In this document: piece by piece, positions 1-10,536 of the stretch
How positions within the stretch are numbered: the stretch's first letter is position 1
Layout of the letters: each line of letters starts with the position of its first letter
NCBI RefSeq assembly: GCF_022701215.1
Contig: NZ_CP089976.1
Coordinates: 780,001-812,000, forward strand
Direction: 5' to 3'
DNA: 32,000 nt
Origin: Moraxella nasovis
GTDB lineage: Bacteria; Pseudomonadota; Gammaproteobacteria; Pseudomonadales; Moraxellaceae
The notes under the pieces: generated by a model
What the model saw: the letters and a program-made list of their open reading frames with translations, nothing else
The model's database searches: none
What the model was told of the DNA's origin: nothing
Translations under genes and position numbers: made by a program

Positions 1-431
1 CCCCAATGACTTAGACCGTCCCAATCAGGCAGAGTATCGGGTGCTACTATGTCTTGGTTTTCAAGACCTGCGATGGCTGTGGTATCACTTATCTGAAGTC
101 GCCATGCTCTTGCCACAATACAAACCTTGTCGCAAGCTATCATCACCGCTTCAATCAGCTCAATGGTACGCCCTGCACGAATTAGCTTAGTATGAATACA
201 AAACTCACCAAAATGAATCAAGCCCAAAATGTCTAGGCTAATCCTTGCAATACGCATATCATCTCGGGACATAAACGTCTCAAGTTCGGCACACAGCACG
301 CCTGTGGCAGGGGCCATATGCTGCTCATGGGGATTCCACGCCCCTTGAGCATGTTTATTGCTTTGGTAGTATGCAATCACACCGCCATCAGTCTGATTAC
401 GAGATTTTAGCGTGTAATAACTATCCGTCAT
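1..431 (-). CDS. Thioesterase-superfamily (acyl-CoA thioesterase-like) protein; N-terminal part only, runs off the window edge
   Basis: My own minus-strand translation from the ATG at 431-429 gives MTDSYYTLKSRNQTDGGVIAYYQSNKHAQGAWNPHEQHMAPATGVLCAELE...RAGRTIELIEAV with no stop down to position 1. The pattern resembles hot-dog-fold thioesterase-like proteins. It is absent from the ORF track because it is truncated at the edge. Confidence 0.5.
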   Translation of the reverse strand, partial: MTDSYYTLKSRNQTDGGVIAYYQSNKHAQGAWNPHEQHMAPATGVLCAELETFMSRDDMRIARISLDILGLIHFGEFCIHTKLIRAGRTIELIEAVMIACDKVCIVARAWRLQISDTTAIAGLENQDIVAPDTLPDWDGLSHW

Positions 432-508
432 AAAATATCTTTAATTAAGTCAATATTATGTCATCAGCACCAATTTAAGCCCTATATAAATAGGCTTTAT
501 GGGCTAGC

Positions 509-2122
509 CTACATTCTAAACACACCAAAACCCATCTCATCTATCGGTGCATTCATGGCGACAGCCAAGCTTAATCCCAGCACATGGCGACTATCAGCAG
601 GGTCAATCACCCCATCGTCCCACAGTCTTGCTGATGCATAATAAGGATGTCCTTGACGTTCATACTGAGCCTGAATAGGTGCTTTAAATTGTGCCTCTTC
701 TTGGCTTGTCCATGTTTTATTTTGCTTTGCTAATTGATCTTTTTTAAGCGTTGCAAGGACGCTTGCTGCCTGTTCACCACCCATCACTGAAATGCGAGCA
801 TTTGGCCAAGTCCACATAAAGCGTGGCGAATACGCCCGCCCACACATACCGTAATTACCTGCACCGAACGAGCCGCCAATCACCAAGGTAATTTTTGGCA
901 CGTTGGCAGTTGCCACCGCCATCACAAGTTTTGCCCCATGCTTGGCGATTCCCTCATTTTCATACTGCCGACCCACCATAAACCCTGTGATATTTTGTAA
1001 AAATATCAAGGGGATTTTACGCTGACAACACAGTTCAATAAAATGCGTCCCTTTTTGGGCAGATTCGGAAAATAAAATACCGTTATTAGCAATAATACCA
1101 ACTGGCATGCCATAAATTTTGGCAAACCCTGTCACAAGCGTGGTGGCAAAACGTGCCTTAAACTCATCAAAGCAAGAACCATCTACCAATCGCATGATAA
1201 CTTCACGCACATCAAATGGTGTCTTACTTTGAGCCGGCACGATGCCGTATAATTCTTTGGCGTCATAAACAGGTTCAGTAAATTTAGTTGGCAATGCTTG
1301 CTTGGGATAATTAAGGTTGGCGATAATCTGACGTGCCATTAGTAATGCATGCTCATCATTTTCTGCCAAATAATCTGCCACGCCAGATAAACGAGTATGC
1401 ACATCGCCGCCGCCTAGGTCTTCTGCACTCACAATCTCGCCTGTCGCCGCCTTAACCAGCGGTGGTCCTCCCAAAAAAATTGTCCCTTGGTTACGCACGA
1501 TGATTGTTTCATCACTCATGGCAGGCACATATGCCCCACCAGCTGTACAGCTACCCATAACTACTGCAATCTGCGGTATACCCAGCTTAGACATGGTGGC
1601 TTGATTATAAAAAATCCGCCCAAAATGCTCTTTATCAGGAAATACTTCATCTTGAAGTGGCAAATACGCACCGCCAGAATCCACCAAGTAAATACAAGGC
1701 AGGCGGTTTTCTTTGGCAATTTCTTGGGCTCTTAGATGCTTTTTTACTGTCAAAGGATAATAAGCACCGCCCTTTACAGTAGCATCGTTCGCCACAATCA
1801 TGCAGCTAACCCCCTGCACCTGACCCACGCCTGCAACCACACCTGCACATGGCACATCATCATCATAAACTTGATAAGCTGCCAGTTGACCAATCTCTAA
1901 AAAAGCTGACCCCGTGTCAAGTAAGGCATTAATCCTGTCTCGTGCAAGTAGCTTTCCTCGTGCTGTGTGCTTATCACGAGATGCTTGGCTGCCACCTAAA
2001 GCGACTGCTCCGCTAAGCTTTTTTAAGTCCTGCACGATGGCATTCATGGCGGCATGATTTACCAAAAATTCTTCGGCTCGCACATTAATGCGACTGGATA
2101 ACTGATTTGTGGCTTGGCTCAT
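509..2122 (-). CDS. liuB: 3-methylcrotonyl-CoA carboxylase, beta (carboxyltransferase) subunit
   Basis: 537-aa ORF with the acyl-CoA carboxyltransferase signature ([41 protein letters not shown]). It lies directly downstream of isovaleryl-CoA dehydrogenase, and its length is typical of MccB/LiuB. Confidence 0.88.
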   Translation of the reverse strand: MSQATNQLSSRINVRAEEFLVNHAAMNAIVQDLKKLSGAVALGGSQASRDKHTARGKLLARDRINALLDTGSAFLEIGQLAAYQVYDDDVPCAGVVAGVGQVQGVSCMIVANDATVKGGAYYPLTVKKHLRAQEIAKENRLPCIYLVDSGGAYLPLQDEVFPDKEHFGRIFYNQATMSKLGIPQIAVVMGSCTAGGAYVPAMSDETIIVRNQGTIFLGGPPLVKAATGEIVSAEDLGGGDVHTRLSGVADYLAENDEHALLMARQIIANLNYPKQALPTKFTEPVYDAKELYGIVPAQSKTPFDVREVIMRLVDGSCFDEFKARFATTLVTGFAKIYGMPVGIIANNGILFSESAQKGTHFIELCCQRKIPLIFLQNITGFMVGRQYENEGIAKHGAKLVMAVATANVPKITLVIGGSFGAGNYGMCGRAYSPRFMWTWPNARISVMGGEQAASVLATLKKDQLAKQNKTWTSQEEAQFKAPIQAQYERQGHPYYASARLWDDGVIDPADSRHVLGLSLAVAMNAPIDEMGFGVFRM

Positions 2123-2178
2123 TTTTTTTCCTTATCATTGACAATATAGGCTCAAAGTTAGCGTCTTTATTGCTTTGG

Positions 2179-3360
2179 TTACTTGGTCTGGGCAAAAAGC
2201 TCTCGGCCGATCAGCATCCGACGAATTTCAGACGTTCCTGCTCCAATCTCATACAGCTTGGCGTCACGCCATAATCTGCCTGCACTAAATTCATTGATAT
2301 AACCATTACCACCTAAAACCTGTATGGCTTCACCTGCCATCCATGTGGCTTTCTCAGCAGCGTATAAGATTGCACTGGCAGCATCTTTTCGTAACATTCG
2401 ATCATGATTACTAGCATCGCACGCTGCACCGACTGCATAAACCAACGCCTTACACGCAATCCAAGTTGAGTACATATCTGCAAGCTTACCTTGCATTAAC
2501 TGAAATTCGCCAATTGCCTGCCCAAACTGCTCACGCTCATGCACATAAGGTATCACCAAATCCATACACGCATCCATGATGCCAAGTGGTCCGCCACTTA
2601 GCACCGCTCTTTCATAGTCTAGACCGCTCATCAAAACTTTAACGCCATTACCTACACCACCTAGCACATTTTTGGCAGGCACTTGTACATTATCAAAAAA
2701 CAAAGGGTAGGTATTTGATCCACGCATACCAAGCTTATCTAAATGCGTGCCACAACTAAAACCTTCCATGTTCTTTTCTACCAAGAACGCCGTCATGCCT
2801 TTAGCACCTGCTTGACTATCTGTTTTGGCATACACCACCAAAACATCTGCATCGCCACCATTAGTAATCCACATTTTAGAGCCATTTAATACAAAAACAT
2901 CGCCCTTTTGTTCAGCTTTTAATTTCATGCTTACCACATCTGACCCAGCGTTTGGCTCACTCATGGCAAGTGCCCCGATATATTCGCCCGAAATCAATTT
3001 AGGTAAAAATCGCTGTTTTTGCTCTTCATTACCATTAAGGTTAATTTGGTTTACGCATAAATTAGAATGAGCACCATAAGATAAGCCAATGGAAGCTGAT
3101 GCCCGAGAAATCTCTTGCATGACTAAGATATGTGCCAAATACCCCAAATTAGTGCCGCCATAACGCTCATCAACCGTCATACCAAGCAGCCCCATATCAC
3201 CAAATTTACGCCATAGATGGCTTGGAAATTCATTGGTTTCGTCCGCTTCTTTGGCAAGTGGGGCGACTTGTTTTTGGCAAAATTTACGCACTTGTTCTTG
3301 CACTGCAAGCAATGTCTCATCTAAGCCAAAGGTTAAAGTAGAAAGTGTCATGGCAGTCAT
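2179..3360 (-). CDS. liuA: Isovaleryl-CoA dehydrogenase
   Basis: 393-aa acyl-CoA dehydrogenase with an IVD-typical segment ([40 protein letters not shown]) and C-terminal [12 protein letters not shown]. It is paired with the MCCase beta subunit gene. Confidence 0.9.
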   Translation of the reverse strand: MTAMTLSTLTFGLDETLLAVQEQVRKFCQKQVAPLAKEADETNEFPSHLWRKFGDMGLLGMTVDERYGGTNLGYLAHILVMQEISRASASIGLSYGAHSNLCVNQINLNGNEEQKQRFLPKLISGEYIGALAMSEPNAGSDVVSMKLKAEQKGDVFVLNGSKMWITNGGDADVLVVYAKTDSQAGAKGMTAFLVEKNMEGFSCGTHLDKLGMRGSNTYPLFFDNVQVPAKNVLGGVGNGVKVLMSGLDYERAVLSGGPLGIMDACMDLVIPYVHEREQFGQAIGEFQLMQGKLADMYSTWIACKALVYAVGAACDASNHDRMLRKDAASAILYAAEKATWMAGEAIQVLGGNGYINEFSAGRLWRDAKLYEIGAGTSEIRRMLIGRELFAQTK

Positions 3361-3609
3361 CCTTGTGTGGTTTATATCAGTGTGGTGATGATGGTTGTGT
3401 TACAATACAGTGATTAGCAACATAAGCCGTTCGTTGCCAGATCTTATTGGTATCGGCACAAACCAAAGCAATCACCATCCGCTGGTTTGATTAGCTTATG
3501 TGCTTTTATTTCACTATCGATAGAGTATCACAGTCTTTTTAATAAAAAAAGTGAATTTCTTTAAAAAAATGATTTGCAATTCATTTTAAAATAAGAGAGA
3601 ATAAATTTC

Positions 3610-4215
3610 ATGGGTTATAAACGCTCTGAACTAATGCAAAAACGCTTACAACAAAACCGTCAGGCAATCTTGGAAGCCGCCAAATATCTTATTGGTCAAG
3701 GCGGTATTAAAGAAGCACAGATTCAGACGATTGCCGAAAGAGCTGGCGTATCAAGTGGGCTTGTTTATCGATATTTTGACAATAAAAGCCATATCATCAC
3801 CGAAGTGCTGTCTGAAGCAATACAAGCTGAGCTTGCGATATTAATGAACATCGCAAACCGCTCTATGCCAGCACATGATAAGCTGTATAAAGCGATCAAA
3901 ACTTTCGTTAAGCGTGCATTAAATCACCCAAAACTTGCCTATTCACTCATGCTTGAGCCTGCTGATGCATTAGTAGAAGAAGCCCGTTTTAAGAGCAAAC
4001 AAATAGTCAAAGATGCCATCGAGCACATTTTATTAGAAGGCAAGCAGCAACATAGCTTTGACTTTGAAGACGTCAGTACGACTGCTTTGTGTATTGTTGG
4101 GGCGATGACTTTTGCTGTCATTGAGCCTTTAAGTTTAGATCCGCAGACGATAGATAAAGAGATGTTTAGCACCCAAGTGGCAAGCTTTTGTCTAAATGCA
4201 GTTCATATTGGGTAG
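3610..4215 (+). CDS. TetR/AcrR-family transcriptional regulator, divergent from liuA
   Basis: 201 aa with an N-terminal TetR-type HTH (ILEAAKYLIGQGGIKEAQIQTIAERAGVSSGLVYRYFDNK). It is arranged divergently from the liu operon. Confidence 0.85.
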   Translation: MGYKRSELMQKRLQQNRQAILEAAKYLIGQGGIKEAQIQTIAERAGVSSGLVYRYFDNKSHIITEVLSEAIQAELAILMNIANRSMPAHDKLYKAIKTFVKRALNHPKLAYSLMLEPADALVEEARFKSKQIVKDAIEHILLEGKQQHSFDFEDVSTTALCIVGAMTFAVIEPLSLDPQTIDKEMFSTQVASFCLNAVHIG

Positions 4216-4364
4216 CCAAGCTTGACCAGCAGTCGGTGCAATACTTAAGTCAATCAACAAAAATAAGGAATTATTAAACACAAATATAAAGCAAACAATC
4301 ATAAGCCTTACCATGGACGGGACGTACAAGGTATGTAATTTCATCATGAACTAAGGAGAGAATC

Positions 4365-6056
4365 ATGCATTATGAAAAGTTAAGCTACCTATCAGGCACA
4401 AGTGACAAGCCCCTGATTGGACTGACAATTGGCGAAGCATTTGACCGTGCTTGCAAGCAATACGGTGATAAAGAAGCGTTAGTCAGTGTTCATCAAAACA
4501 AGCGACTTACCTATCAAGCACTAAACGATAAAGTAAATGCTTTTGCAGCATCTTTATTAGATCTTGGGTTTAAGACAGGTGATCGCTTGGGGATTTGGGC
4601 ATTAAATAGCGTTGAATGGGTGATCACACAATTTGCCGCCTTTAAAATTGGCGTTATTCTTGTCAATCTTAACCCTGCCTATAAAGCCAAAGAACTAGAG
4701 TATGTACTCAATAAAGTTGAATGTCGGGGCATTGTAATTGCCGATACATTTAAAACATCTGATTATCATGCCATGCTAAGCAGTATCGCTCCAGAGCTTG
4801 GGCAATCAGCCGATACGTTATTGGTCTCACATAACTTACCCCACCTAAAAACTGTCATTAAAATCAGTGAAGACCATCACAATGGTTTATATCGATTCCA
4901 AGACCTATTAACACCGCCAACGCTCGCTCAAGAGCAGCACATTAACTATGTCAGCTCTCAACTTCAATTTGATGACGTAGTTAATATTCAGTTCACATCT
5001 GGCACGACAGGCAACCCCAAAGGCACCATGCTTACCCATCATAACATTCTTAATAATGGCTATTTTGTGGGTGAAGGCATCAAGCTAACGGATAAAGATA
5101 AAATCTGTATTGCCGTGCCACTGTTTCACTGCTTTGGTATGGTGATGGGTAATCTTGCCGCCATTACCCATGGGGCGACGATGGTGTATCCTGCTTATGC
5201 TTATAATGCCACAGATACCTTACAAGCAGTTCATCAAGAGCGTTGCACCGCCTTATATGGCGTGCCATCTATGTTTATTACCATGCTTGAAGACAAGTCT
5301 TTTGATAGCTATGATTTAAGCAGCTTACGCACTGGCATTATGGCAGGCAGTCCTTGTCCAAGACAAATTATGCAAAAAGTCATTGAGCGTATGCACATGA
5401 GTCAGATTACCATCTGCTATGGCATGACTGAGACTGCCCCTGTCAGCACCCAAAGTCATGTTGATGACCCACTTGATAAGCGAGTTAGCACGGTTGGACG
5501 CATTCATCCCCATGTGGAGATTAAGATTGTTAATGAAGAAGGTCATATCGTCCCTGTGGGCGTGGCAGGCGAGCTATGTACTCGTGGCTACTCTATAATG
5601 GCGGGGTATTGGGGTGAACCTGACAAAACCAAAGAAGTCATCAAGCAAGGCTGGATGCATACAGGCGACATCGCTGAGATGGATGAAGAAGGATTTGTTC
5701 GTATCAAAGGACGCATCAAAGATGTCGTCATTCGTGGGGGAGAAAATCTATTCCCTAAAGAAATCGAAGATCTGCTGTATAAGCACCCTGCTATCTCAGA
5801 CGTGCAAGTCATCGGGCTGCCTGATAAGCGTTATGGCGAAGAATTATGCGCATGCATTATCCTAAATGAAAATGCCACATGCACCGAGACAGAGATTCAA
5901 GATTTTTGTCGTTGCCAAATCTCCCATCATAAAGTGCCACGCTACGTTAAGTTCGTCACAGACTTTCCGATGACTGCCTCTGGCAAACCTCAAAAGTTCA
6001 AACTCCAAGAACTCATGCGAATTGAGTTTAATCTTACAGGTAATATTTTTGAGTAG
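4365..6056 (+). CDS. AMP-dependent acyl-CoA synthetase/ligase
   Basis: 563 aa with the adenylate-forming motifs FTSGTTGNPKG, YGMTET, WMHTGD and GRIKDVVIRGGENLFPKEIE. An AAGGAG ribosome-binding site precedes the ATG. Confidence 0.88.
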   Translation: MHYEKLSYLSGTSDKPLIGLTIGEAFDRACKQYGDKEALVSVHQNKRLTYQALNDKVNAFAASLLDLGFKTGDRLGIWALNSVEWVITQFAAFKIGVILVNLNPAYKAKELEYVLNKVECRGIVIADTFKTSDYHAMLSSIAPELGQSADTLLVSHNLPHLKTVIKISEDHHNGLYRFQDLLTPPTLAQEQHINYVSSQLQFDDVVNIQFTSGTTGNPKGTMLTHHNILNNGYFVGEGIKLTDKDKICIAVPLFHCFGMVMGNLAAITHGATMVYPAYAYNATDTLQAVHQERCTALYGVPSMFITMLEDKSFDSYDLSSLRTGIMAGSPCPRQIMQKVIERMHMSQITICYGMTETAPVSTQSHVDDPLDKRVSTVGRIHPHVEIKIVNEEGHIVPVGVAGELCTRGYSIMAGYWGEPDKTKEVIKQGWMHTGDIAEMDEEGFVRIKGRIKDVVIRGGENLFPKEIEDLLYKHPAISDVQVIGLPDKRYGEELCACIILNENATCTETEIQDFCRCQISHHKVPRYVKFVTDFPMTASGKPQKFKLQELMRIEFNLTGNIFE

Positions 6057-6074
6057 ATAAAATACATTAATATG

Positions 6075-6105
6075 ACGTCTCACCCAGTGGTGGGACGTTC
6101 GTTTG
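6075..6105 (+). terminator. Rho-independent terminator after the acyl-CoA synthetase gene
   Basis: ACGTCTCACC (6075-6084) pairs with GGTGGGACGT (6089-6098), giving a 10-bp stem with one G-U pair and a 4-nt loop, followed by TCGTTTG. Confidence 0.6.
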
Positions 6106-6215
6106 ATAAGTGCTTACTTACCATCGGTTAAATTAAAGCGCTTTTTTATCATAAGATGATTGACATAAAAACAGACATGTAGCCCAGTTAAACTTAGCCA
6201 AATGTCTATTTTATC

Positions 6216-6440
6216 CTAATTTTTAGCGATTAGATCAGCTGCTTTTTCGTATCGATTCATAAACCAGCCATGACTTGCCGCGATGGATTGTCTTGTAAAA
6301 ACATGAGTTGGAAATGCCGATAAAAACAGTGCAAGATTGGCGACGTCCTCTACTAGGGTAAACTCTTTATCCACCGATTAACCAACATAATGCTGATAAA
6401 AATAATAAGCAGCGGTTGTTTTATTAACTTGTACAAGCTG
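6216..6440 (-). pseudogene. Remnant of a 3-hydroxybutyrate dehydrogenase (SDR family) C-terminus
   Basis: Minus-strand translation of 6374-6216 gives [40 protein letters not shown]...stop, which resembles the C-terminal about 40 aa of BdhA-type SDRs. Upstream, a frameshifted IMLVN piece and in-frame stops appear. There is no N-terminal Rossmann part, so the gene is truncated and decayed. Confidence 0.5.
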
Positions 6441-6773
6441 TGCTACTACTCTTACAGTTACGCCTACAACAAATAATTTACTCAGGTGATTTTATTTGTA
6501 GATGCTTAGTTTTGCTTTTTTTTATGATTCTAGTATAACTAAGATTGTTTATCTAAGATGGCGTCAAAAATTTTTATAATTTTTTTATGATTTTTGATTT
6601 TGTAGATACTTAACTTACTGCTATACTTTATATTGCCAGTTAGCATAGCTGGGTCGATGGTCTAACCCTGCCTGATGTTAACCTCATAACCCCAAAATCG
6701 TCTGTTTTTATTGCCAATGACTAGGGTTATTTGCCGCAAGTCTTTTTGTGCTTATTTTGTATTAAGGATATTC

Positions 6774-8189
6774 ATGTATTCAAATTTTAACAAAACAAAA
6801 AACGTTAATATCACTACCCCAACAGCGATGATAATGGCGACTGCCATGATTGCGGTGATGGCAGTCGTTATGATTGCCTTAGGCTGGATACCACATTTGG
6901 CACTGCTTTTGGTCATTTGTGGCGTGTTTTTGTTTGGTTATTTTAAAGGCTTAGACTTTAGTACCATGCAAGATTATATGGCAAAAGGGGTGATGAGTGG
7001 CTTTGGGGCGATTTATCTGTTCTTTTTTATTGGTCTGATGGTATCGGCATTGATGATGTCTGGGGCGATACCTACCTTGATGTATTATGGCTTTGAGCTG
7101 ATTTCTCCACAATATTTTTATGTGTCAGCGTTTATTTTAACATCTATTATTGGCGTGGCGATTGGCAGTAGTTTGACCACCTGTGCCACCATTGGCGTGG
7201 CGTTTATGGGTATGGCAGGGGCGTTTGATGCCAATACAGCGATTGTGGCAGGGGCGGTGGTATCGGGGGCGTTTTTTGGCGATAAAATGTCGCCCTTATC
7301 CGACACTTGCACTATTTCAGCATCGGTGGCAGGCATTGATTTATTTGAGCATATTGGCAACATGACCTACACCACCGTACCTGCTTGGATTTTAACGGTA
7401 GTATTGTTATGGTTTCTTCAGGGGCAAAATGCAGGGGCAGATTTAAGTCAAGTTGGGCAACTAAAAGAGCAGTTGGTTGCCACAGGCTTGGTGCAAGGCT
7501 ATGCGTTATTGCCTTTTGCGTTGCTAGTCGGTTTGATTTTATTTAAAGTTAATGCGATATACGCCATTATCATGACTATTATCAGTGCGGTGATGATCAC
7601 CTTTTTTCACAGCTCTCCCACACTATCTGAAATTGGCAGTTATTTTTTCCAAGGCTACAAACCTGCCGAAAACTTAGAGCTTGGAGCGATTGGTAGTTTA
7701 ATTTCTCGGGGTGGGTTAAACAGTATGTTTTTTACCCAAACCATCGTGATTTTGGCATTAAGCTTGGGCGGATTGTTGCATAATTTGGGTATTTTGCCAG
7801 CGTTGCTTAACAGCATTAAACATAAATTGATCAATGCAGGGCAAGTTACTTTGGCAGTAGCTTTAACATCACTTGGGGTGAATGTACTTATCGGTGAACA
7901 GTATTTGAGTATTTTGTTGGCAGCAGAGAGTTTTAAAACCGAATACACCCGCTTAAACTTACACCCCAAAAATTTGGCTCGTACCATTGAAGACGCAGGG
8001 ACGGTTATCAACCCACTGGTGCCTTGGAGTGTGTGTGGCGTGTTTATTAGCGAGCAGTTAGGCGTATCGGTGCTGGCTTATTTGCCTTATGCATTTTTTT
8101 GTTATTTATGTTTATTTTTAACCATTATTTTTGGTTTTACAGGCTTTACCATTACCAAATTGCCTAGTAATACCACCAATCAAGCCTAA
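6774..8189 (+). CDS. NhaC-family Na+/H+ antiporter-type membrane transporter
   Basis: Polytopic membrane protein with an NhaC-like core (MSGAIPTLMYYGFELISPQYFY...GSSLTTCATIGVAFMGMA). I start it at the ATG at 6774 (MYSNFNK), which has an AAGGA site 6 nt upstream, rather than at the TTG-initiated track start at 6711. Confidence 0.8.
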   Translation: MYSNFNKTKNVNITTPTAMIMATAMIAVMAVVMIALGWIPHLALLLVICGVFLFGYFKGLDFSTMQDYMAKGVMSGFGAIYLFFFIGLMVSALMMSGAIPTLMYYGFELISPQYFYVSAFILTSIIGVAIGSSLTTCATIGVAFMGMAGAFDANTAIVAGAVVSGAFFGDKMSPLSDTCTISASVAGIDLFEHIGNMTYTTVPAWILTVVLLWFLQGQNAGADLSQVGQLKEQLVATGLVQGYALLPFALLVGLILFKVNAIYAIIMTIISAVMITFFHSSPTLSEIGSYFFQGYKPAENLELGAIGSLISRGGLNSMFFTQTIVILALSLGGLLHNLGILPALLNSIKHKLINAGQVTLAVALTSLGVNVLIGEQYLSILLAAESFKTEYTRLNLHPKNLARTIEDAGTVINPLVPWSVCGVFISEQLGVSVLAYLPYAFFCYLCLFLTIIFGFTGFTITKLPSNTTNQA

Positions 8190-8198
8190 CAGGACTAG

Positions 8199-8855
8199 AT
8201 GATGAAATTATATTCTTATTTTCTTAGCTCAGCAGCGTTTCGGGTACGCATTGCGTTGGCGTTAAAAAAAGTGGACTATGACACTGTGCCTGTGCATTTG
8301 ATGAAAAATGGGGGTGAACACAAAAGCCCTGATTATCAAACCATCAATCCGCAACAGCTTGTGCCAGCCCTTGATGATAATGGCTTTGTACTGACTCAAT
8401 CGCTTGCCATTATAGAATATCTAGAAGATAGATACCCACAAATACCGCTTTTACCAGACGATGTGCAAGAGCGCGCTTGGGTGCGTGCGGCGGCGTATTT
8501 GGTGGCGTGCGATATTCATCCGCTTGACAACTTACGAGTGCTAAATTACCTAAAAAACGACTTAAATGTGAATGATGAACAAAAACAAACTTGGTATGCT
8601 CATTGGATTACACAAGGATTTGGCGCCTTAGAGACACTTATGCTAGAGCGTTATCCAGGCGATACACCACGCAAATTTTGTTATGGCGATACGCCTACCA
8701 TGGCAGATTGTTGTTTAATTCCGCAGGTGTATAACGCCAAACGCTTTAATGTAGATTTGTCAAAATTTCCAAACATTGTCGCTATTTATGAGCATTGTAT
8801 AAGCTTGCCTGCTTTTATACAGGCATCTCCTAAGGCTTGGGCGGATTTAGTATAA
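8199..8855 (+). CDS. maiA: Maleylacetoacetate isomerase (zeta-class glutathione S-transferase)
   Basis: 218 aa. The N-terminus MKLYSYFLSSAAFRVRIALALKKVDYD...GGEHKSPDYQTINPQQLVPAL is the characteristic MaiA/GSTZ pattern. Confidence 0.85.
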   Translation: MMKLYSYFLSSAAFRVRIALALKKVDYDTVPVHLMKNGGEHKSPDYQTINPQQLVPALDDNGFVLTQSLAIIEYLEDRYPQIPLLPDDVQERAWVRAAAYLVACDIHPLDNLRVLNYLKNDLNVNDEQKQTWYAHWITQGFGALETLMLERYPGDTPRKFCYGDTPTMADCCLIPQVYNAKRFNVDLSKFPNIVAIYEHCISLPAFIQASPKAWADLV

Positions 8856-8914
8856 TTGCTTTAAAAAAGCCTAAATCGTTAAATTTAGACTTTTTATTGT
8901 TGATTTGCAAATAA

Positions 8915-9550
8915 TTACACCGCAATTACTAAATCCACAGGCGTTTTTTGCTTAACTTCATCAACGGTTACGCCATCGGCAAGCTCAACCAATGTCAAGC
9001 CTTTATCAGTAACATCATACACCCCAAGCTCGGTAATGATACGGTTGACAACGCCTTTGCCTGTCAGTGGCAAAGTGCATTCGGGTAAAATTTTTGGCTC
9101 GCCGTGTTTATTCACCTGCTCCATCAGCACAATGACACGTTGCACGCCTGCTACCAAATCCATCGCACCGCCCATGCCTTTGACCAGTTTTCCTGGTATC
9201 ATCCAATTTGCCAAATCGCCCGTCTTGGACACTTCCATCGCCCCCAAAATCGCAAGGTTGATGTGTCCACCACGAATCATCGCAAATGATGTGGAACTAC
9301 TAAAAAAACTCGCCCCTGTTTTGGCAGTAACAGTTTGCTTACCAGCGTTAATCAAGTCAGCATCTACTTCATTAACACTTGGATACTCGCCAATGCCAAG
9401 CAGTCCGTTCTCAGACTGTAGCCACACATCGACGCTATCAGGGATATGGTTTGCCACCAAGGTTGGCAGCCCAATACCTAAATTGACATAAAACCCATCT
9501 TGTAATTCTTGACTGGCACGCTGTGCCATCTCATCTCTGCTCCAAGCCAT
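8915..9550 (-). CDS. scoB: 3-oxoacid (succinyl-CoA:acetoacetate) CoA-transferase, subunit B
   Basis: 211 aa. It carries [17 protein letters not shown] and the catalytic-Glu motif LQSENGLLG, and sits directly downstream of subunit A. Confidence 0.92.
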   Translation of the reverse strand: MAWSRDEMAQRASQELQDGFYVNLGIGLPTLVANHIPDSVDVWLQSENGLLGIGEYPSVNEVDADLINAGKQTVTAKTGASFFSSSTSFAMIRGGHINLAILGAMEVSKTGDLANWMIPGKLVKGMGGAMDLVAGVQRVIVLMEQVNKHGEPKILPECTLPLTGKGVVNRIITELGVYDVTDKGLTLVELADGVTVDEVKQKTPVDLVIAV

Positions 9551-9563
9551 GATTATTCCTTAG

Positions 9564-10262
9564 TTATTTGGTGGTGATATTTTCAATGCGTTTTTCGGGG
9601 GCAGTGTTTAGCACAATGCGTTGCACAAACACGCCTGACAAATGCACATGGTCAGGATCAATCTCGCCGATTTCCACAATCTCTTCTACCTCAGCAATGG
9701 TGATTTTTCCTGCCATCGCACACTCTGGGTTAAAGTTGCGTGCGGTTTTGTTAAACACCAAATTGCCCGCTTTATCCGCCTTTTGGGCTTTGATAAGTGC
9801 CACATCAGCAGTCAAAGACTTCTCCAAAAGGTACTCTTGACCATCAAACTTACGAACTTCTTTGCCATCGGCAATTTGGGTGCCGACCCCTGTTTTGGTA
9901 TAAAACGCAGGAATGCCTGCCCCACCTGCACGCAGTTTTTCGGCAAGCGTGCCTTGTGGCGTGAGTATCACTTCTAATTCACCTGATAAAAATTGGCGTT
10001 CAAACTCTTTGTTTTCGCCTACATAAGACGCTATCATAGTGCTAATTTGCTTAGTTTTTAATAACAAACCTAAGCCAAAATCATCAACGCCTGCATTATT
10101 GCTAATACAAGTTAGGTTTTTGACGCCTGTATCGCATAACGCTTCAATGAGTTTTTCTGGAATACCGCACAGACCAAAACCACCCACAGCAAGGGTTTGA
10201 GAGTCCGCCACCACATCTGCCAAAGCCTCTTTGGCGGTGGGGTAAATTTTTGAAATTGCCAT
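9564..10262 (-). CDS. scoA: 3-oxoacid CoA-transferase, subunit A
   Basis: 232 aa with VGGFGLCGIPEKLIEAL and a typical subunit A N-terminus. It lies 13 nt upstream of subunit B. Confidence 0.92.
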   Translation of the reverse strand: MAISKIYPTAKEALADVVADSQTLAVGGFGLCGIPEKLIEALCDTGVKNLTCISNNAGVDDFGLGLLLKTKQISTMIASYVGENKEFERQFLSGELEVILTPQGTLAEKLRAGGAGIPAFYTKTGVGTQIADGKEVRKFDGQEYLLEKSLTADVALIKAQKADKAGNLVFNKTARNFNPECAMAGKITIAEVEEIVEIGEIDPDHVHLSGVFVQRIVLNTAPEKRIENITTK

Positions 10263-10536
10263 AATTTTTTTTCCTTAAAAATGATGATTTTTTTTAACAA
10301 ATAGAGAAACAAATACAGCGTGTTGATGTTTCGTCTTTAGTAATAAAAACAAGACAAATGCAGTTAATCTAAGCAAAACCTTGCAAAAAATACTCAATCG
10401 CATTCACAAGGGTTTGGCACAAATAACAAGACTTGTCCGTTTTTATCCAAAAGTGACAGCTCTACTTATTTGTTAAAATACTAACATATCCTATTTATAT
10501 AAGCATTTGGGTGATGAAGTATTAGCATATCCCAAA

